This document shows positions 1 to 10,477 of a stretch of 52,562 bases of DNA, one piece after another. Both the position numbers and the translations under genes were made by a program. The stretch covers positions 1 to 52,562 of the forward strand of contig LT642159.1 in NCBI GenBank assembly GCA_900128585.1, written 5' to 3'. Each line of letters opens with the position of its first letter. The stretch's first letter is position 1. A model generated the notes under the pieces. The model made no database searches. It was given only the letters and a program-made list of their open reading frames with translations, and had not been told where the DNA came from. The DNA comes from Stramenopiles sp. TOSAG23-3. Its lineage: Eukaryota.

Positions 1-434
1 AAGAAGAAGAAGAAAAAATCAGTGGTGGTTGGATGGAGTTTAATAATAAAAAAAGAAGAAAGAAGCGATTATTATTTATTCTTCTCTTCTTTTCTTGTTT
101 TTTAATACTGCTGCTGTTAGCTTACACATTAATAATAATATATTTTTTTATTTATTTTATTTTTATTCTTGTATTATTATTAGCGCCGTAAAATAATTAA
201 AAAATAGTAGATACGTATACGGATAAAAAAATTATTACTTTGTATTTTATTTATGCTGAACGACAATGCACATAAACAAATGTATATTTTTCATTATGAG
301 ACGGTGACATCTAGATCGGAACAAACTGACAGAGAAGAAGGGTTAGGTTGAATTAGGGAAATAGTTTACTTTAATATAGTTTAGATTGAACAAAAGCAGT
401 CCGGCAGGCGTTGAAACCTTCGTGAGTCGGCAAC

Positions 435-3400
435 ATGGACCACAAAGACAGCGCGACGGGCGTGCTGCTTCCCCCGCAGCTAGTGAAAGAAACAAAAGGG
501 CCGAAGCGTATTTCTAAGATTTCTTTCAATATGCTAAGTGCAGGGGACATCGTTAGTGCCAGTGAAATACAGGTAGTTCAGAGGGAACTGTATCAGATCG
601 GAACCCGAAATCCAAAAGCGCTTGGGGTCCTAGATAAGAGGCTGGGAGTGTCCCGGCCAGAGCCATCAAACCCAGAGCATAGGTGCGAGACTTGCCATAA
701 AAAATTGCAGAACTGCCCGGGTCATTTCGGATACATACAGCTGCAGCTGCCTTGCTTTCACATCGGTTATTTTAAGCACTGTATTGAAATCCTGCAGTCT
801 ATCTGTAAGGAGTGCAGCCGAGTCTTGTTGTCTCCTGAAGATAGGCTAAAACATTTGCAGAAAGTGAGGACGGTGGACAGCCACTGGAGTGTAGATTCAA
901 AAGCAAAGAAAGACGCATGGAAGTGGGTCGTTGATAAGTGTAAAAGGACGCATGCATGTCCCTACTGTGGTTCAATGAACGGAAGCGTCAAGCGGATGAC
1001 TGGGCAGAAGACGTTGAAAATAGTACACGAAAAGTACAAGAAGGGGAAAACGAAGCTGGCAGACTTGCGGACGGCGTACCTGGACTCTTTCCGGACTGCC
1101 GTGGCGAAGACAAAAGACCTTGAGCATCATCTAGAGAAAGTAGAACACGAAGATTTGACCCCTTTAAGGGTGCATGAATTGTTCAGTGCAGTTTTAGACA
1201 GCGACCTTGAGCTTCTCTACCTCAGCGATAAGTCCAGGCCCGAATGGCTGCTTTTTACGAACGTCCCAGTTCCACCTGCCTGCATTCGCCCTAGTGTTGT
1301 CAACCGCTCCACGGGAGCCAGTAATGAGGATGACCTTTCTACCATGTTGGCAGAGGTAGTCCACATAAACGAATCCTTGAACATGACGATGCGTAAGGGG
1401 GCTACTCTTAAAGTGCTGTCAGAACAGTGGGACCATATGCAAGTTGAATTGGCGCAATACATCAATAGTGACCTACCCGGACTGCCTCCTGGTATGAGCA
1501 TGTCGTACAAACCAATATATGGATTGTGCCAGCGGCTGAAAGGAAAGCAAGGGCGATTTCGTGGGAATTTGAGTGGAAAACGCGTAGATTTTAGTGCCCG
1601 GACCGTTATTTCGCCGGACCCTAATCTGTCCGTGTCGGAAGTTGGCATTCCCGAACTAATCGCAATCAAGCTGACTTACCCCGAAAAAGTCAACAAATAC
1701 AACATAGCCCGCCTTAGAAAGGCGGTAGAAAATGGCCACTTCGCGTACCCTGGTGCAAACTTCATCAGGACCAGAAGCGGAGTGAGTTACTTTTTGAAAT
1801 ATGGAGAGTTGGATGAAATGGCGGAGAACTTGCAGATCGGAGATATTGTGGAACGGCACTTGATTGATGGTGACATTGTGTTATTCAACCGTCAGCCAAG
1901 TCTTCATAAAGTATCGATCATGGCCCATTCTGCTCACATTGTGAAGGGTCGTACGTTTCGTTTCAACGAGTGCGTCTGCACGCCATACAACGCTGATTTC
2001 GATGGAGATGAAATGAACGTGCACGTACCGCAAACTGAAGAAGCGCGCGCAGAAGCGAAACACCTTATGGGGGTGGCACAAAACATATGCACCCCCAAAG
2101 ATGGGGCGACCCTTATTTCAGCGACCCAAGACTTTATTACAAGCACATTTTTGATGACACAGAAGAACGTATTTTTGACCAGAGACCAGCTGTGCTGTAT
2201 AGTTTGTAGCGCTGGGGATGGGAAAGATTTTGTAGATATTCCACCCCCAGCAATATGTTGGCCAGTCCACTTGTGGACGGGGAAGCAAGTGTTCTCCTTG
2301 TTGCTTTGCCCCAACAAAGACAAGACTGCAAGAGTGAACTTGCAAATGAAAGAACGGAATTTTACCGACAAAAGAACGTGTCCTGAAACGGAGCACCCGT
2401 GTTTGTGCCCGAATGAAGGGTACATCTGGTTTCACAACAGTGATCTCGTGTGCGGCAATTTGGGCAAAAATTGTTTGTCTGGGCGAGGAATTTTTTACGC
2501 GTTGCTCCGAGAGCACGGGCCCCGAGAAGCTTCGAAGGCCATGAATCGGATGACAAAGCTGTGCACTCGGTGGCTGACGAATCACGGGTTCACCATAGGA
2601 ATAGACGATGTCGTGCCTCCCACGCGGTTGGAGGATGAGAAAAACGTGCTCATCAACAAGGCTTACGCAACATGCGAGGAAAAGATTAGCCTTTTCAAGA
2701 GCGGAAAGTTAGATCTCCAACCAGGGTGCACGATGGAAGAGTCGTTAGAAAGTGAAATAAACGGTATTTTGGCTCGGGTAAGAGACAAGGTCGGTCAAAT
2801 TTGCATGGACGAACTGCCATGGAGCAATGCGCCCCGCATTATGTCTGCGTGCGGAAGTAAGGGAAGTACCTCGAACATATGCCAAATGGTTGCTGCAGTA
2901 GGCCAGCAGCAGGTAAACGGCGCGCGAGCCCCTGAAGGATTTTTGTCCCGTTCGTTGCCCCATTTTGCAAAAGAAGAACGAGGTGCGGAAGCAAAAGGGT
3001 TTGTGGCCAACAGCTTCTATACAGGTTTGAGCGCCTCTGAATTTTTCTTTCACACAATGGCAGGACGCGAAGGGCTCGTTGACACGGCTGTAAAAACTGC
3101 TGAAACGGGGTACATGTCAAGACGTTTGATGAAGGCCTTGGAGGATCTGTCTATCATGTACGATCGTACCGTTCGAAACTCCAAGGGCAACGTCATAGCG
3201 TTCGATTATGGTGACGACGGCATGAACCCTGTGTTGATGGAGTCCAACAAAAAACCCGTAAATTTCGAACGCATACTGTCGCAAATTCTTGGGGACGTGC
3301 GCCTATCCAAAACTGGGACCTCTTGCTTCGACGATATACCGTGTGCCCTTGACATAGTCCGCAGGAAGCTTCTGCCATACGTCAACGCGAATGAATCTGA

Positions 3401-5024
3401 CAATGCCGGCTTTGGCGGGTCCCGAATTCCGTTGTGCGAAAGGCTATCACAGACTTTCATTTCGGATATGTGGAGTTTCTGCAAAGGTATGGTGGACAAA
3501 TTGAACTCTATAAAGGTAGAGAAGAAGGACAGAAGGGTTTTTGGAATGTCGACGTCCCAACTTACTGCGTTTGTAGACGCGTCCATTTTCAGGTACCAAG
3601 AAGCAAAGATCGAAGCTGGCGAGGCTGTTGGGGCCATAGGGGCCCAGAGTTTGGGGGAGCCAGGGACACAAATGACTCTGAAGACCTTTCACTTCGCTGG
3701 GGTAGCCAGCATGAACGTTACCTTGGGGGTGCCACGCATCAAAGAACTGATAAACGCTTCAAAGAATATATCTACACCGCTAATTATGGCCCGGTTAAAG
3801 AAAGATGACGACGAGCGAGTGGCCCGAATAGTGAAAGGCCGCGTTGAAAAAAGCAAGTTAGGGGATATAGCGGAGTATATTGAAGAAGAGTGGTGGCGGG
3901 ACGACCACAAAGTCCGCATTAAGCTGGATTTGGCGTCTATATCGCGGCTGAGCCTTGACCTTGACATTGTTTCGATCATAGGGGCAATATGCAGTGATAC
4001 AAAGCTAAAACTGCTCCGCCGGTACGATATCATTGCGGAGGGGAAAGATGTAATTATTGTGCGGCCAAAAACTGAAAAATTCAAGGGGAACCTGCAGAAC
4101 GGGAACCACTGGACAGATCGCAATCAGACGCCCCTAACCAGCACTACTTCGCGACGTGGAAAGGACTCGCTAGGTCCGCCGATCACTTTTGCAATGGCAA
4201 ACCTGAAAGAAAATCTCAGAAATGTCATCATCAGTGGAATTGTCACAGTCTCCAGGGCGGTAGTCAATATTGTGGACAACCGCGACGACCTTGCAGAGCA
4301 CCATCGTGGGCACGTAAGCGACGCCACCGAAGTTTACCGGGAAATCAAGTCAAATTCTAAGTTGAGTGTGAACGGTGAAGGCCTCGTAGAGATCCGGGAA
4401 ACTATCAAGTTAGAATCGGACGATGCGCCAGCAAAAGAGCGCTACAACCTGATAGTCGAGGGCTCGGATCTTTTGGCAGTCATGGGTACCCCTGGGGTGG
4501 ATGGGTGTAGAACACGCTCAAATGATGTCATCGAGGTTTTGTCTGTTCTTGGGATCGAGGCTGCCAGAGTAGTGCTTCAGATGGAGATCGCGTATGTATA
4601 CGGTCGTTATGGGTTGGATATTGACCCAAGGCACCTGATGCTTCTCTCTGACACCATGACCTACCGTGGCGAAGTTCTAGGAATAACTCGGGAGGGTATT
4701 GCGAAGATGAAAGACTCAGTGTTGATGCTTGCTTCTTTTGAAAAAACACCGGACCATTTGTTTGACGCAGCCGTTCATGGCAAAGTGGATGCCATCGATG
4801 GCGTCAGCGAAAGGATAATCATGGGAACTCCAATAGGTCTAGGTACCGGTTGCTTCAAGCTACTTCACGACCCTAACATGGCCAGCGACAATAAAGAGGA
4901 GAGAGAAATTGTGAAAATGATGGGAATGAAACGTAACAAAAAAAACTCGCGATCCAAGGCAAAGGAACCAATGCTCAAAAGTCTATTAAGGGCAGACCTG
5001 AACAGGTACAGCGCAGAACCATGA
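435..5024 (+). CDS. RPC1: DNA-directed RNA polymerase III largest subunit (RPC1/C160)
   Basis: 1529-aa ORF with Zn-binding CETC..CPGHFG, GKQGRFRGNLSGKRVDFSARTVISPD, catalytic YNADFDGDEMN, bridge helix DTAVKTAETGY and trigger loop GEPGTQMTLKTFHFAGV. C-terminal SVLMLASFEKT motif and no heptad CTD point to Pol III rather than Pol II. Confidence 0.96.
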   Translation: MDHKDSATGVLLPPQLVKETKGPKRISKISFNMLSAGDIVSASEIQVVQRELYQIGTRNPKALGVLDKRLGVSRPEPSNPEHRCETCHKKLQNCPGHFGYIQLQLPCFHIGYFKHCIEILQSICKECSRVLLSPEDRLKHLQKVRTVDSHWSVDSKAKKDAWKWVVDKCKRTHACPYCGSMNGSVKRMTGQKTLKIVHEKYKKGKTKLADLRTAYLDSFRTAVAKTKDLEHHLEKVEHEDLTPLRVHELFSAVLDSDLELLYLSDKSRPEWLLFTNVPVPPACIRPSVVNRSTGASNEDDLSTMLAEVVHINESLNMTMRKGATLKVLSEQWDHMQVELAQYINSDLPGLPPGMSMSYKPIYGLCQRLKGKQGRFRGNLSGKRVDFSARTVISPDPNLSVSEVGIPELIAIKLTYPEKVNKYNIARLRKAVENGHFAYPGANFIRTRSGVSYFLKYGELDEMAENLQIGDIVERHLIDGDIVLFNRQPSLHKVSIMAHSAHIVKGRTFRFNECVCTPYNADFDGDEMNVHVPQTEEARAEAKHLMGVAQNICTPKDGATLISATQDFITSTFLMTQKNVFLTRDQLCCIVCSAGDGKDFVDIPPPAICWPVHLWTGKQVFSLLLCPNKDKTARVNLQMKERNFTDKRTCPETEHPCLCPNEGYIWFHNSDLVCGNLGKNCLSGRGIFYALLREHGPREASKAMNRMTKLCTRWLTNHGFTIGIDDVVPPTRLEDEKNVLINKAYATCEEKISLFKSGKLDLQPGCTMEESLESEINGILARVRDKVGQICMDELPWSNAPRIMSACGSKGSTSNICQMVAAVGQQQVNGARAPEGFLSRSLPHFAKEERGAEAKGFVANSFYTGLSASEFFFHTMAGREGLVDTAVKTAETGYMSRRLMKALEDLSIMYDRTVRNSKGNVIAFDYGDDGMNPVLMESNKKPVNFERILSQILGDVRLSKTGTSCFDDIPCALDIVRRKLLPYVNANESDNAGFGGSRIPLCERLSQTFISDMWSFCKGMVDKLNSIKVEKKDRRVFGMSTSQLTAFVDASIFRYQEAKIEAGEAVGAIGAQSLGEPGTQMTLKTFHFAGVASMNVTLGVPRIKELINASKNISTPLIMARLKKDDDERVARIVKGRVEKSKLGDIAEYIEEEWWRDDHKVRIKLDLASISRLSLDLDIVSIIGAICSDTKLKLLRRYDIIAEGKDVIIVRPKTEKFKGNLQNGNHWTDRNQTPLTSTTSRRGKDSLGPPITFAMANLKENLRNVIISGIVTVSRAVVNIVDNRDDLAEHHRGHVSDATEVYREIKSNSKLSVNGEGLVEIRETIKLESDDAPAKERYNLIVEGSDLLAVMGTPGVDGCRTRSNDVIEVLSVLGIEAARVVLQMEIAYVYGRYGLDIDPRHLMLLSDTMTYRGEVLGITREGIAKMKDSVLMLASFEKTPDHLFDAAVHGKVDAIDGVSERIIMGTPIGLGTGCFKLLHDPNMASDNKEEREIVKMMGMKRNKKNSRSKAKEPMLKSLLRADLNRYSAEP

Positions 5025-5859
5025 AAAAACCAGCGTCTTCCTATCAAAATATAATATACAATACAAATATTGTTCTTAGACTAATTGTAGGCGGACTGTA
5101 CGGCATGTTTTTACAAAAAGAACCTTCGTAATAAATAATAATCGAAATAAAAAACAAGGTTGTTGTGATAAATATTATACAAGAAAGAACACAGCAGGGA
5201 ATTAAAAATACTCAGAACATCTCTTTTACGAAGTACACTTCTTTTTAATTAGTTAGAAGGTGACTGGTGGCTGGTGGTCGTATTGGTGTATTAATACTAA
5301 TGCTGTGCCAATATTAATACAAAATACAATAATAAATCATTTTTATTTTTTTAGCGAATCTTTGTAACACCACTACGTGGACTCCTCGTACGGTAGTCTC
5401 TACCGGTGGTACTCCTCTCGTAATACCGATATTGTACGCACTCTAGTTGGTTTTAATTCCAGGTTTCAGATCATTCCTCTGTACTACCGTAGAGTACAGC
5501 AGCAGCGGAACCCCAAGAAATGGTACGGTACTACTTCTGAGTACATTAACAAAGAGTACCATATGAAATATTAATAATAATAATGAGTATAGTATCTTCA
5601 ACATCTAAAAAAAATAATAATATATCAAAATAATATAATAAAACAACACGAACCAGGTGAGGAACCAACCGATGGACTATATAAACGACACGTGAATGGA
5701 CAATCAGACAACAAAATATATTCGATCTAATGGATTTGGGCAACAGAAACGAAAGGAGCAATAAAGCCACAGGTAATTTTTTTAACGTACCGACAAAAAG
5801 AAAGCGTAAAACGAATTGTTTAGTGACCCTTTTGTTTGACACCAGAAGAACAACTGCAA

Positions 5860-7377
5860 ATGCTGGTCAACAAACTGCACTCGCGCACTATGACTTCTTA
5901 TAAGAAAGTTTTGCAGCGCTCTACTATCAGCAAGAACGTGTTGCGTACACAGTATGCAGTGAGGGGGGAGCTGGTCTTGCGATCGTTGGAGCACAAGAAG
6001 GCGCTGGACAAAGGTAATGGGTCAGGTTTGCCCTTTGACTCTATTGTCTCGTGCAACATTGGAAACCCTCACGAGTGTGGGCAAGAGCCTTTGACGTTTC
6101 CGAGGCAAGTCCTTTCCTTGGTAAACTGCCCCCAGCTACTGCAGAACGAGCACGTTGGCAAGTTGTTCCCATCTGACGCCATCCGTCGCGCATCCGACTA
6201 TCTCCGTGAAATTCCAGGGGGGGTTGGAGCGTACTCGCATAGCAAGGGGGTTGAAGTTGTCCGCAAGGAAGTGAGTGATTTTTTGCAAAAACGGGACGGT
6301 TTCCCGTCGGACCCAGAGTCCATTTATTTGACGGACGGTGCAAGCCCCGCCATCCAGCGCACGTTGAGCATGGTAATTTCGGACGAATCTTGCGGGATCA
6401 TGATCCCCATCCCCCAGTACCCATTGTATTCGGCTGCTATTACTCTTACTGGGGGGGCCCAGGTCGGGTATTTCCTGAACGAAGATTCGTGCTGGGGCAC
6501 AAAGCAAGACGAGCTGATGCGCTCCGTAACGGAGGCACGGGACAAGGGTATAAATGTGAAGGCCATGGCCGTTATCAACCCTGGAAACCCAACTGGCCAA
6601 TGCTTATCATGGAGTGATATGGAAGGCATCGTGTCTTTCTGCCACGATCAGAACATAATGCTAATGGCAGACGAGGTCTACCAGGAGAACATATGGCAAG
6701 ATTCGAACCCATTCCATTCTTTCAAAAAAGTTCTTCGAACCATGGAATCTAAGGGGAAAATCCCATCTGGTGAATTGGAACTTTTTTCGTATCATTCCAC
6801 TTCGAAAGGTTTTCTAGGCGAATGCGGTCGCCGTGGTGGGTACATGGAGTTGACCAACATTCACGATGAAGCGGGCGAAGAACTATACAAGCTTGCATCA
6901 CTTACACTATGTAGCAATCTTGTGGGTCAACTTTCCGTCGGGTTGATGGTCAACCCTCCGGCCGAAACGGACGAGTCCTACCAGCAATATGTTTCTGAAA
7001 GAAACAACATTCTGGAATCACTCCGAAGGCGGGCTGGGATGTTGGTAAAAGCGCTGAATGATTTAGAGGGAGTCTCCTGCCAAGAGTCACAAGGGGCAAT
7101 GTATGCGTTTCCTAAAATCACTTTGCCAGAGGGCGCAATGAAAATAGCGAGTGAAATGGGCAAAGCAGCAGACGCGTATTACTGCATGGAACTGCTGGAC
7201 GCCACCGGGATTGTTGTCGTGCCGGGAAGTGGATTTTTGCAAGAGCCAAATACTTTCCACTTTCGCACGACAATCTTGCCCCAAGAAAATGAGATTCAAA
7301 CCGTCATTGAACGTATAAAAGTGTTTCATTCGAACTTTCTGAGGAAACATGGTGGTTTGAAAAAGAGCAAGCTGTAA
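5860..7377 (+). CDS. GPT: Alanine aminotransferase (class I/II PLP aminotransferase) with C-terminal PTS1
   Basis: YAVRGE, CNIGNP, GAYSHSKG, PIPQYPLYSA, INPGNPTG, ADEVYQ, STSKG..GECGRRGGY (PLP lysine), VVVPGSGF, HFRTTILP; ends KKSKL. The ORF track starts at TTG 5836; the first ATGs are at 5860 and 5890. Confidence 0.95.
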   Translation: MLVNKLHSRTMTSYKKVLQRSTISKNVLRTQYAVRGELVLRSLEHKKALDKGNGSGLPFDSIVSCNIGNPHECGQEPLTFPRQVLSLVNCPQLLQNEHVGKLFPSDAIRRASDYLREIPGGVGAYSHSKGVEVVRKEVSDFLQKRDGFPSDPESIYLTDGASPAIQRTLSMVISDESCGIMIPIPQYPLYSAAITLTGGAQVGYFLNEDSCWGTKQDELMRSVTEARDKGINVKAMAVINPGNPTGQCLSWSDMEGIVSFCHDQNIMLMADEVYQENIWQDSNPFHSFKKVLRTMESKGKIPSGELELFSYHSTSKGFLGECGRRGGYMELTNIHDEAGEELYKLASLTLCSNLVGQLSVGLMVNPPAETDESYQQYVSERNNILESLRRRAGMLVKALNDLEGVSCQESQGAMYAFPKITLPEGAMKIASEMGKAADAYYCMELLDATGIVVVPGSGFLQEPNTFHFRTTILPQENEIQTVIERIKVFHSNFLRKHGGLKKSKL

Positions 7378-7621
7378 AAAAACAAGAGAGGGGAGGAATA
7401 TGTAAATGTTTTCTTTTTTATATAAAATTTTAAAAACTAAAAAATTAAATCTCTTTTTTTGAGTTAGTTAACATTTTTTTTAAAACATAGTAAAAAACAT
7501 TATGTAATATTCGTACACGTGTACTTCGGGTCAAAAATTAATAATCACTCAGACGGGATATGTGTGCTGAATCATACATGTATGTACAAGTGCTGCTGTG
7601 GTCCCATTCCATTACACTGCG

Positions 7622-7963
7622 CTAGCCGGACCTATGCTCGTAGCTGCACTTGACACATTTGTAAAAAAAAGTACTGGGCTCGTCTGCCGAACGAGTCTGC
7701 AGCTCGATGAAATAGGCCCGTACGTGGCCGCATTTCGGGCACAACGCTTCCGTTTGGTCGACGTTCTTCCACGCTTCTGCACCACCCATGACATCGTCCA
7801 CTTTTTTCCTCTCTAATTTTGCTCGCAAACTAAATTCCGTTGTGACGGGATATTTATACGGGCATGTTCTGCACGTAAAACACAAGTTACTGTCCGTAGG
7901 CTCCCCGTCCACCAACAACATTGTCCCGTCAAGGGGACAAAACAGCATGCCTTGAGTCGACAT
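7622..7963 (-). CDS. RPC11: RNA polymerase III subunit RPC11/RPC10 (TFIIS-like zinc ribbon)
   Basis: MLFCPLDG..CRTCPY N-terminal ribbon, KKVDDVMGG..AW.NVD.T, CPKC, and QTRSADEP.TFFYKCVKC C-terminal ribbon with the acidic hairpin. Start ATG is at 7963 or 7948. Confidence 0.93.
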   Translation of the reverse strand: MSTQGMLFCPLDGTMLLVDGEPTDSNLCFTCRTCPYKYPVTTEFSLRAKLERKKVDDVMGGAEAWKNVDQTEALCPKCGHVRAYFIELQTRSADEPSTFFYKCVKCSYEHRSG

Positions 7964-8675
7964 ATTTGCAAAACTCACAACAACAAAACAACAAAATTAT
8001 ACGCTCGCGCAGTGGTTCCTTACAATTCCGTTACAAAGTATACCATTTCAAAACTTATCAAAATACTTGATAAACGCTTACTTCGTTTGTATTAATTATT
8101 TCGCCAACAACAAGGAAGATATTTATTCATCGTTGGATAAGAAATTTATACAGTAGTAGTAATAATATTATTATTATATAAAAAATAATAATTTTTTTTA
8201 TTACAAAAATACAGTATTAATACTGTATTATATTTATTATTTATTAGTAGTCGTCTATTTTTTATTTATTTTTTTATTCAATACTACTACGTACTACTTC
8301 TGTAGTAATAGTCCAAATAGACTAATTATTCTAGTCATCTACGTAATTATTATTATAAATTTATTTATTTTTTTCCTTCTTCTCATCGTGTCACACCACC
8401 CATCCCATCGTATCGTTTTATTATTTTTTGACCCTTGCTGTCCTCGTAGTTGTAGTGTTCCTTTTTTTGTGGTGGTGAAATTATTCCTCTTTTGCTATTA
8501 CTGGTACGTTCGTACCGTACTATGTAATAATAAGAATGTGAAAAATATGATATAAAATCGCGAGAAGAACGAAGGAGGAACGAAGAAGAATAGAAGTTTT
8601 TTTGTTGTGTTGTTTGTTGTTTTTTTTTGTGATGAAATAAATAATATTATTTATAAATAAAAATAATTTTAAAAA

Positions 8676-8713
8676 AAGAAGAAGAAGAAGAAGAAGAAGA
8701 AGAAGAAGAAGAA
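8676..8713. repeat. (GAA)n microsatellite
   Basis: Perfect GAA run in the RPC11/CWC25 divergent spacer. Confidence 0.95.
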
Positions 8714-8981
8714 GCGAGAAGATGAGGCAGGAACGAGGAGGTTCGATCATTGAACAACTAAGAACACAAATCGCTGGGCGACTATAACGAAAGATGAACA
8801 GATTGGACAAATAAAAGTTGTTCAATCGAATTACTTCTCAAATATATCATTTTTTAAACTGAGATGGTACAATCTGAAAGATCACTTCAAACTAGGGATT
8901 AATCGGTTTTGAGTCGTCAGCATTAAAAGTTTTGGTTTGGGCAGAGTCTGAGAAGACACTGTTGATACATTTTAGGTAACC

Positions 8982-10082
8982 ATGTCTGCACTCGCGTTTT
9001 TGGCAAAGAAGTCATGGCATACGAAAAATATGAAAAATGTGAAGAAGGTGTGGGAGAAAGAGCAGCAGAAAAATGCGGAAGATAAAAAAATAGCAGAGTT
9101 GAAAAAACAGATAGAAGAGGAAAGGGAACAGCTAGACATGCAGCGTATGCACGAAGCTTCTGCGGGAAAGAAGGGAAAGAAATCCGGTAGACAGCGCGGC
9201 CTGAACTGGATGTACAAGGGTGATGCCGAATCGATTGCGAAGGGAGGGCCCACTGACCAGGCGGACGAAGAGAGAAAGCTTTTAGACGAATTTTTGATGG
9301 GAAAGAAACTCGAACCTTCCAAAACTGTGGGCAAGGCGGCTGGCGTAGACGACTCCAAATTTAGTTCTAACAACATGGCGACAGCACAACTGAAGCGGAA
9401 GGGTACCGACAACAACAGCGTTTCGAAATCCCGGCCGGTGCACGAGGACCCCCTGTTTTTAATTTCTCAGCAGCGCCTGGCGAAGCGGATGAAGATGTCG
9501 GGCGACACTTTTACGAGCAGCATGGCCAAGCGTCAGTATGCTGAAATTAGCGAAAATGGAAGGAGCGCCGAAAAGAGCATCAAGCAGGACAAAGAAAGCA
9601 AGAAAGAGAAGAAGAGGCGAAAGAAGGAAAAGAAGAAGCTGAAAAAGGAAAAGAAGCGACTAAAAAAGGAGAAGAAGAAAGAGAAGAAGCGGAACAAACG
9701 GAAGAAAAAAGAGATGAAAGGGAAAGGCGAAGGTGGGGGATCAAGCAAGAGCAGTAGCAGCTCTGGGAGTAGCAGTGACGACGAAGCGCAAATTCCACCT
9801 CCTTCCACCACGCCGCCTGCCGTAGATGTTCCTGGACCAAGTGCAGGAGTGTCAAGTTATGGGCTGCAGGGAGATGCCGGCAAAGTGGCACTCCCAAGCA
9901 AAGGCGCTACTAGTGCAAATTTGGGCCCCACAGCGTATATTATTGGAAAACGAAAGGGTTATGTGCAAGAGCGGCAATGTCAATCGGGGAGAAAAGGCAA
10001 TTATAGACGACAAAGCGCCTCGGAAGATGCCAATCACTTTCTTGAGAATTTAGGTCAATCCCTGATGCAGAAAAAGAAGTAG
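8982..10082 (+). CDS. CWC25: Pre-mRNA splicing factor CWC25-like (Cir_N domain)
   Basis: N-terminal FLAKKSWHTKNMKNVKKVWEKEQ, then LNWMY, FLMGK and EDPLFLI motifs, followed by a Lys-rich low-complexity region. Confidence 0.8.
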   Translation: MSALAFLAKKSWHTKNMKNVKKVWEKEQQKNAEDKKIAELKKQIEEEREQLDMQRMHEASAGKKGKKSGRQRGLNWMYKGDAESIAKGGPTDQADEERKLLDEFLMGKKLEPSKTVGKAAGVDDSKFSSNNMATAQLKRKGTDNNSVSKSRPVHEDPLFLISQQRLAKRMKMSGDTFTSSMAKRQYAEISENGRSAEKSIKQDKESKKEKKRRKKEKKKLKKEKKRLKKEKKKEKKRNKRKKKEMKGKGEGGGSSKSSSSSGSSSDDEAQIPPPSTTPPAVDVPGPSAGVSSYGLQGDAGKVALPSKGATSANLGPTAYIIGKRKGYVQERQCQSGRKGNYRRQSASEDANHFLENLGQSLMQKKK

Positions 10083-10268
10083 CAAAAAGCGCAAGAGTGT
10101 GAGAGAGTGTTTTTTTTTTTAATTCATCATGTGGGATAGTTTAGACCCCACAAGACGCATAATATCGTTTGTACACAAGGTTTTCAAGATTACTCGCACC
10201 TCTACACGGCGTACTCTTCCTTCGTTCTTTTACTGATCTAATTGATATTTTACAAACCTAAAACATCT

Positions 10269-10401
10269 TAGAATGATAGTCAAGACTAAGTGACAAGAGG
10301 GTATATCGATTAGTAAAATCTCAGGAGCAGAGATAAGTTCGCAGTTCATGAAGGAATGTAAACCTAGAATGTCTAAATCTAGATTTCAGTTCGCAGTACA
10401 T
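10269..10401 (+). repeat. Dispersed 3'-flank repeat family, copy A
   Basis: TAGAATGATAGTCAAGACTAAGTGACA..GTAAAATCTCAGGAGCAGAGATAAGTTCGCAGT..ATGAAGGAA.GTAAACCT aligns by eye with 18272-18366. Confidence 0.9.
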
Positions 10402-10477
10402 TAATTTTATTACGAGTAAAATGCTTTAAACCTTGTTTTGGAAATCTTCAAATCTAAAACAGAGAGAGGTGGGCCTC

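Noticed and set aside
435-5024. Possible intein or intron in RPC1, which is somewhat long
   Set aside because: No intein N-terminal C/S or C-terminal HN motif at conserved sites; the extra length lies in variable regions.
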